The notes under the pieces are model-generated. The model saw nothing but the letters and a program-made list of their open reading frames with translations, was not told the DNA's origin and did no database searches. From contig JAFUQU010000001.1 in assembly GCA_017472255.1 (NCBI GenBank), positions 5,304-69,303 on the forward strand: a DNA stretch of 64,000 nt. Reading direction: 5' to 3'. The stretch is from Clostridia bacterium. Its GTDB lineage: Bacteria > Bacillota > Clostridia > Oscillospirales > CAG-272. The first letter of the stretch is position 1. The number at the start of each line of letters is the position of its first letter. Positions 63,362 through 64,000 of this stretch are shown one piece after another. A program made the position numbers and the translations under genes.

Positions 63362-63390
63362 TTGACATCCGGCGCGCCGGATGCTATAAT
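63362..63390 (+). promoter_or_regulatory. AraC3 promoter (TTGACA-N17-TGcTATAAT)
   Basis: Exact hexamers. Confidence 0.65.
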
Positions 63391-63401
63391 GGTACAGGGA
63401 G

Positions 63402-64000
63402 GTGATTCCACTGCAATTTTTGAATCAGAACAGCATTGAGCCAGAGCAGAAAATACCGGCGACGGTCAGTCTGCAATATTACGATACATTTTATACAAGG
63501 GAGTGCTTTTCCCTGCACGTGCAGAACAATCTGGAGCTGCTGCTGATCTGCGGCGGAGAGCTGGAGGTGAGCCTGAACGACGAAACGTTCCTTCTTTCGC
63601 TGGGGGATGTGCTGATATGCAGCCCCTTCGACAAGCACGGCGGGTGGATTGCCGACGGCTGTAACGAAGTGTTCTATTACTGCGTGACCTTCGATCCCGC
63701 CTTCTTCATGCCCATGCTGCCGTCTGACGCTGCCGGGCGGCTTCACGACGTGATCGGCGGACGTACCCGTTTCCGCCCGATTCTCAGGGTAGGGGATGCG
63801 GAGGCCGCCTTCATGCACAGACAGTTTCCCCATATGATGCGGCTTCGGCGGCAGTATGGAACCCGCTCCGAAACGCGGCTTCTCACCTGCTTTTTCTCGC
63901 TGTTGTGCGAGCTGCTGGAGGGCTGTCTTGCGGATGGCGGCGAGAAAATCAACCGCAATTTTTCGTTTATGTGCGAGGTAATCGATTATGTGTCCGCCCA
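63402..64000 (+). CDS. cupin-AraC family regulator, AraC3 (3' end outside the window)
   Basis: Not in the ORF track because it runs off the edge. My translation gives ...LQYYDTFYTRECFSLHVQNNLELLLICGGELEVSLND...ICSPFDKHGG..., paralogous to AraC1 and AraC2. The start is ambiguous (GTG 63402 or CTG 63411). Confidence 0.75.
   Translation, partial: MIPLQFLNQNSIEPEQKIPATVSLQYYDTFYTRECFSLHVQNNLELLLICGGELEVSLNDETFLLSLGDVLICSPFDKHGGWIADGCNEVFYYCVTFDPAFFMPMLPSDAAGRLHDVIGGRTRFRPILRVGDAEAAFMHRQFPHMMRLRRQYGTRSETRLLTCFFSLLCELLEGCLADGGEKINRNFSFMCEVIDYVSA

Overview
This is a high-GC, Clostridia-like chromosomal segment. That assignment is an inference from SLH domains, GGAGG Shine-Dalgarno sites, the ylm/divIVA cluster, an L-box and many TTGACA-N17-TGnTATAAT promoters. 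Almost all long ORFs antisense to the calls below look like GC-driven shadow ORFs.

Layout, left to right:
- 1-341: tRNA-Thr/Leu/Val cluster with terminator.
- 454-10991, minus strand: a short glycyl-radical enzyme (GRE) and its activase, then an unusual PBP-LuxR regulator, a DUF5107/TPR-like protein, a large glycoside-hydrolase-like protein and a GNAT. A PHP phosphoesterase follows with its own promoter.
- 11037-11941: AAC(3)-family acetyltransferase.
- 11961-26391: a compositionally distinct island. An autoregulated-looking TetR gene is translationally coupled to two giant secreted proteins (2359 aa without an anchor, and 2154 aa with three SLH repeats).
- 26403-39176, minus strand: conserved housekeeping block (HAD, rluD, lspA, ileS, divIVA, ylmH, yggT, sepF, yggS, HlyD-like, miaA, queA). 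An AT-rich RelE/ParE toxin-antitoxin pair is inserted between queA and miaA.
- 39226-42071: lysine riboswitch, then dapA, dapB and a lipoprotein cyclophilin.
- 42133-47942: accessory patch. Two inverted PD-(D/E)XK 'transposase'-like (Rpn-like) paralogs, each with its own duplicated promoter, flank a WbsX/GH99-like gene and a YpsA/DUF1273 (SLOG) gene. Next comes an AT-rich islet with two tandem XRE regulators, a second SLOG-like gene and two small paralogous envelope proteins.
- 47984-54228: MATE, GH78-like, TVP38, and two unknown proteins.
- 54272-64000: four solute-binding lipoprotein genes and three cupin-AraC regulators in repeated divergent cassettes, with no ABC permease or ATPase gene in the window.

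The best candidates for something undescribed are the orphan GRE operon, the TetR-controlled giant surface-protein pair, the inverted Rpn-flanked cassette, and the permease-less SBP/AraC array. No CRISPR array, rRNA, integrase or phage genes were seen.
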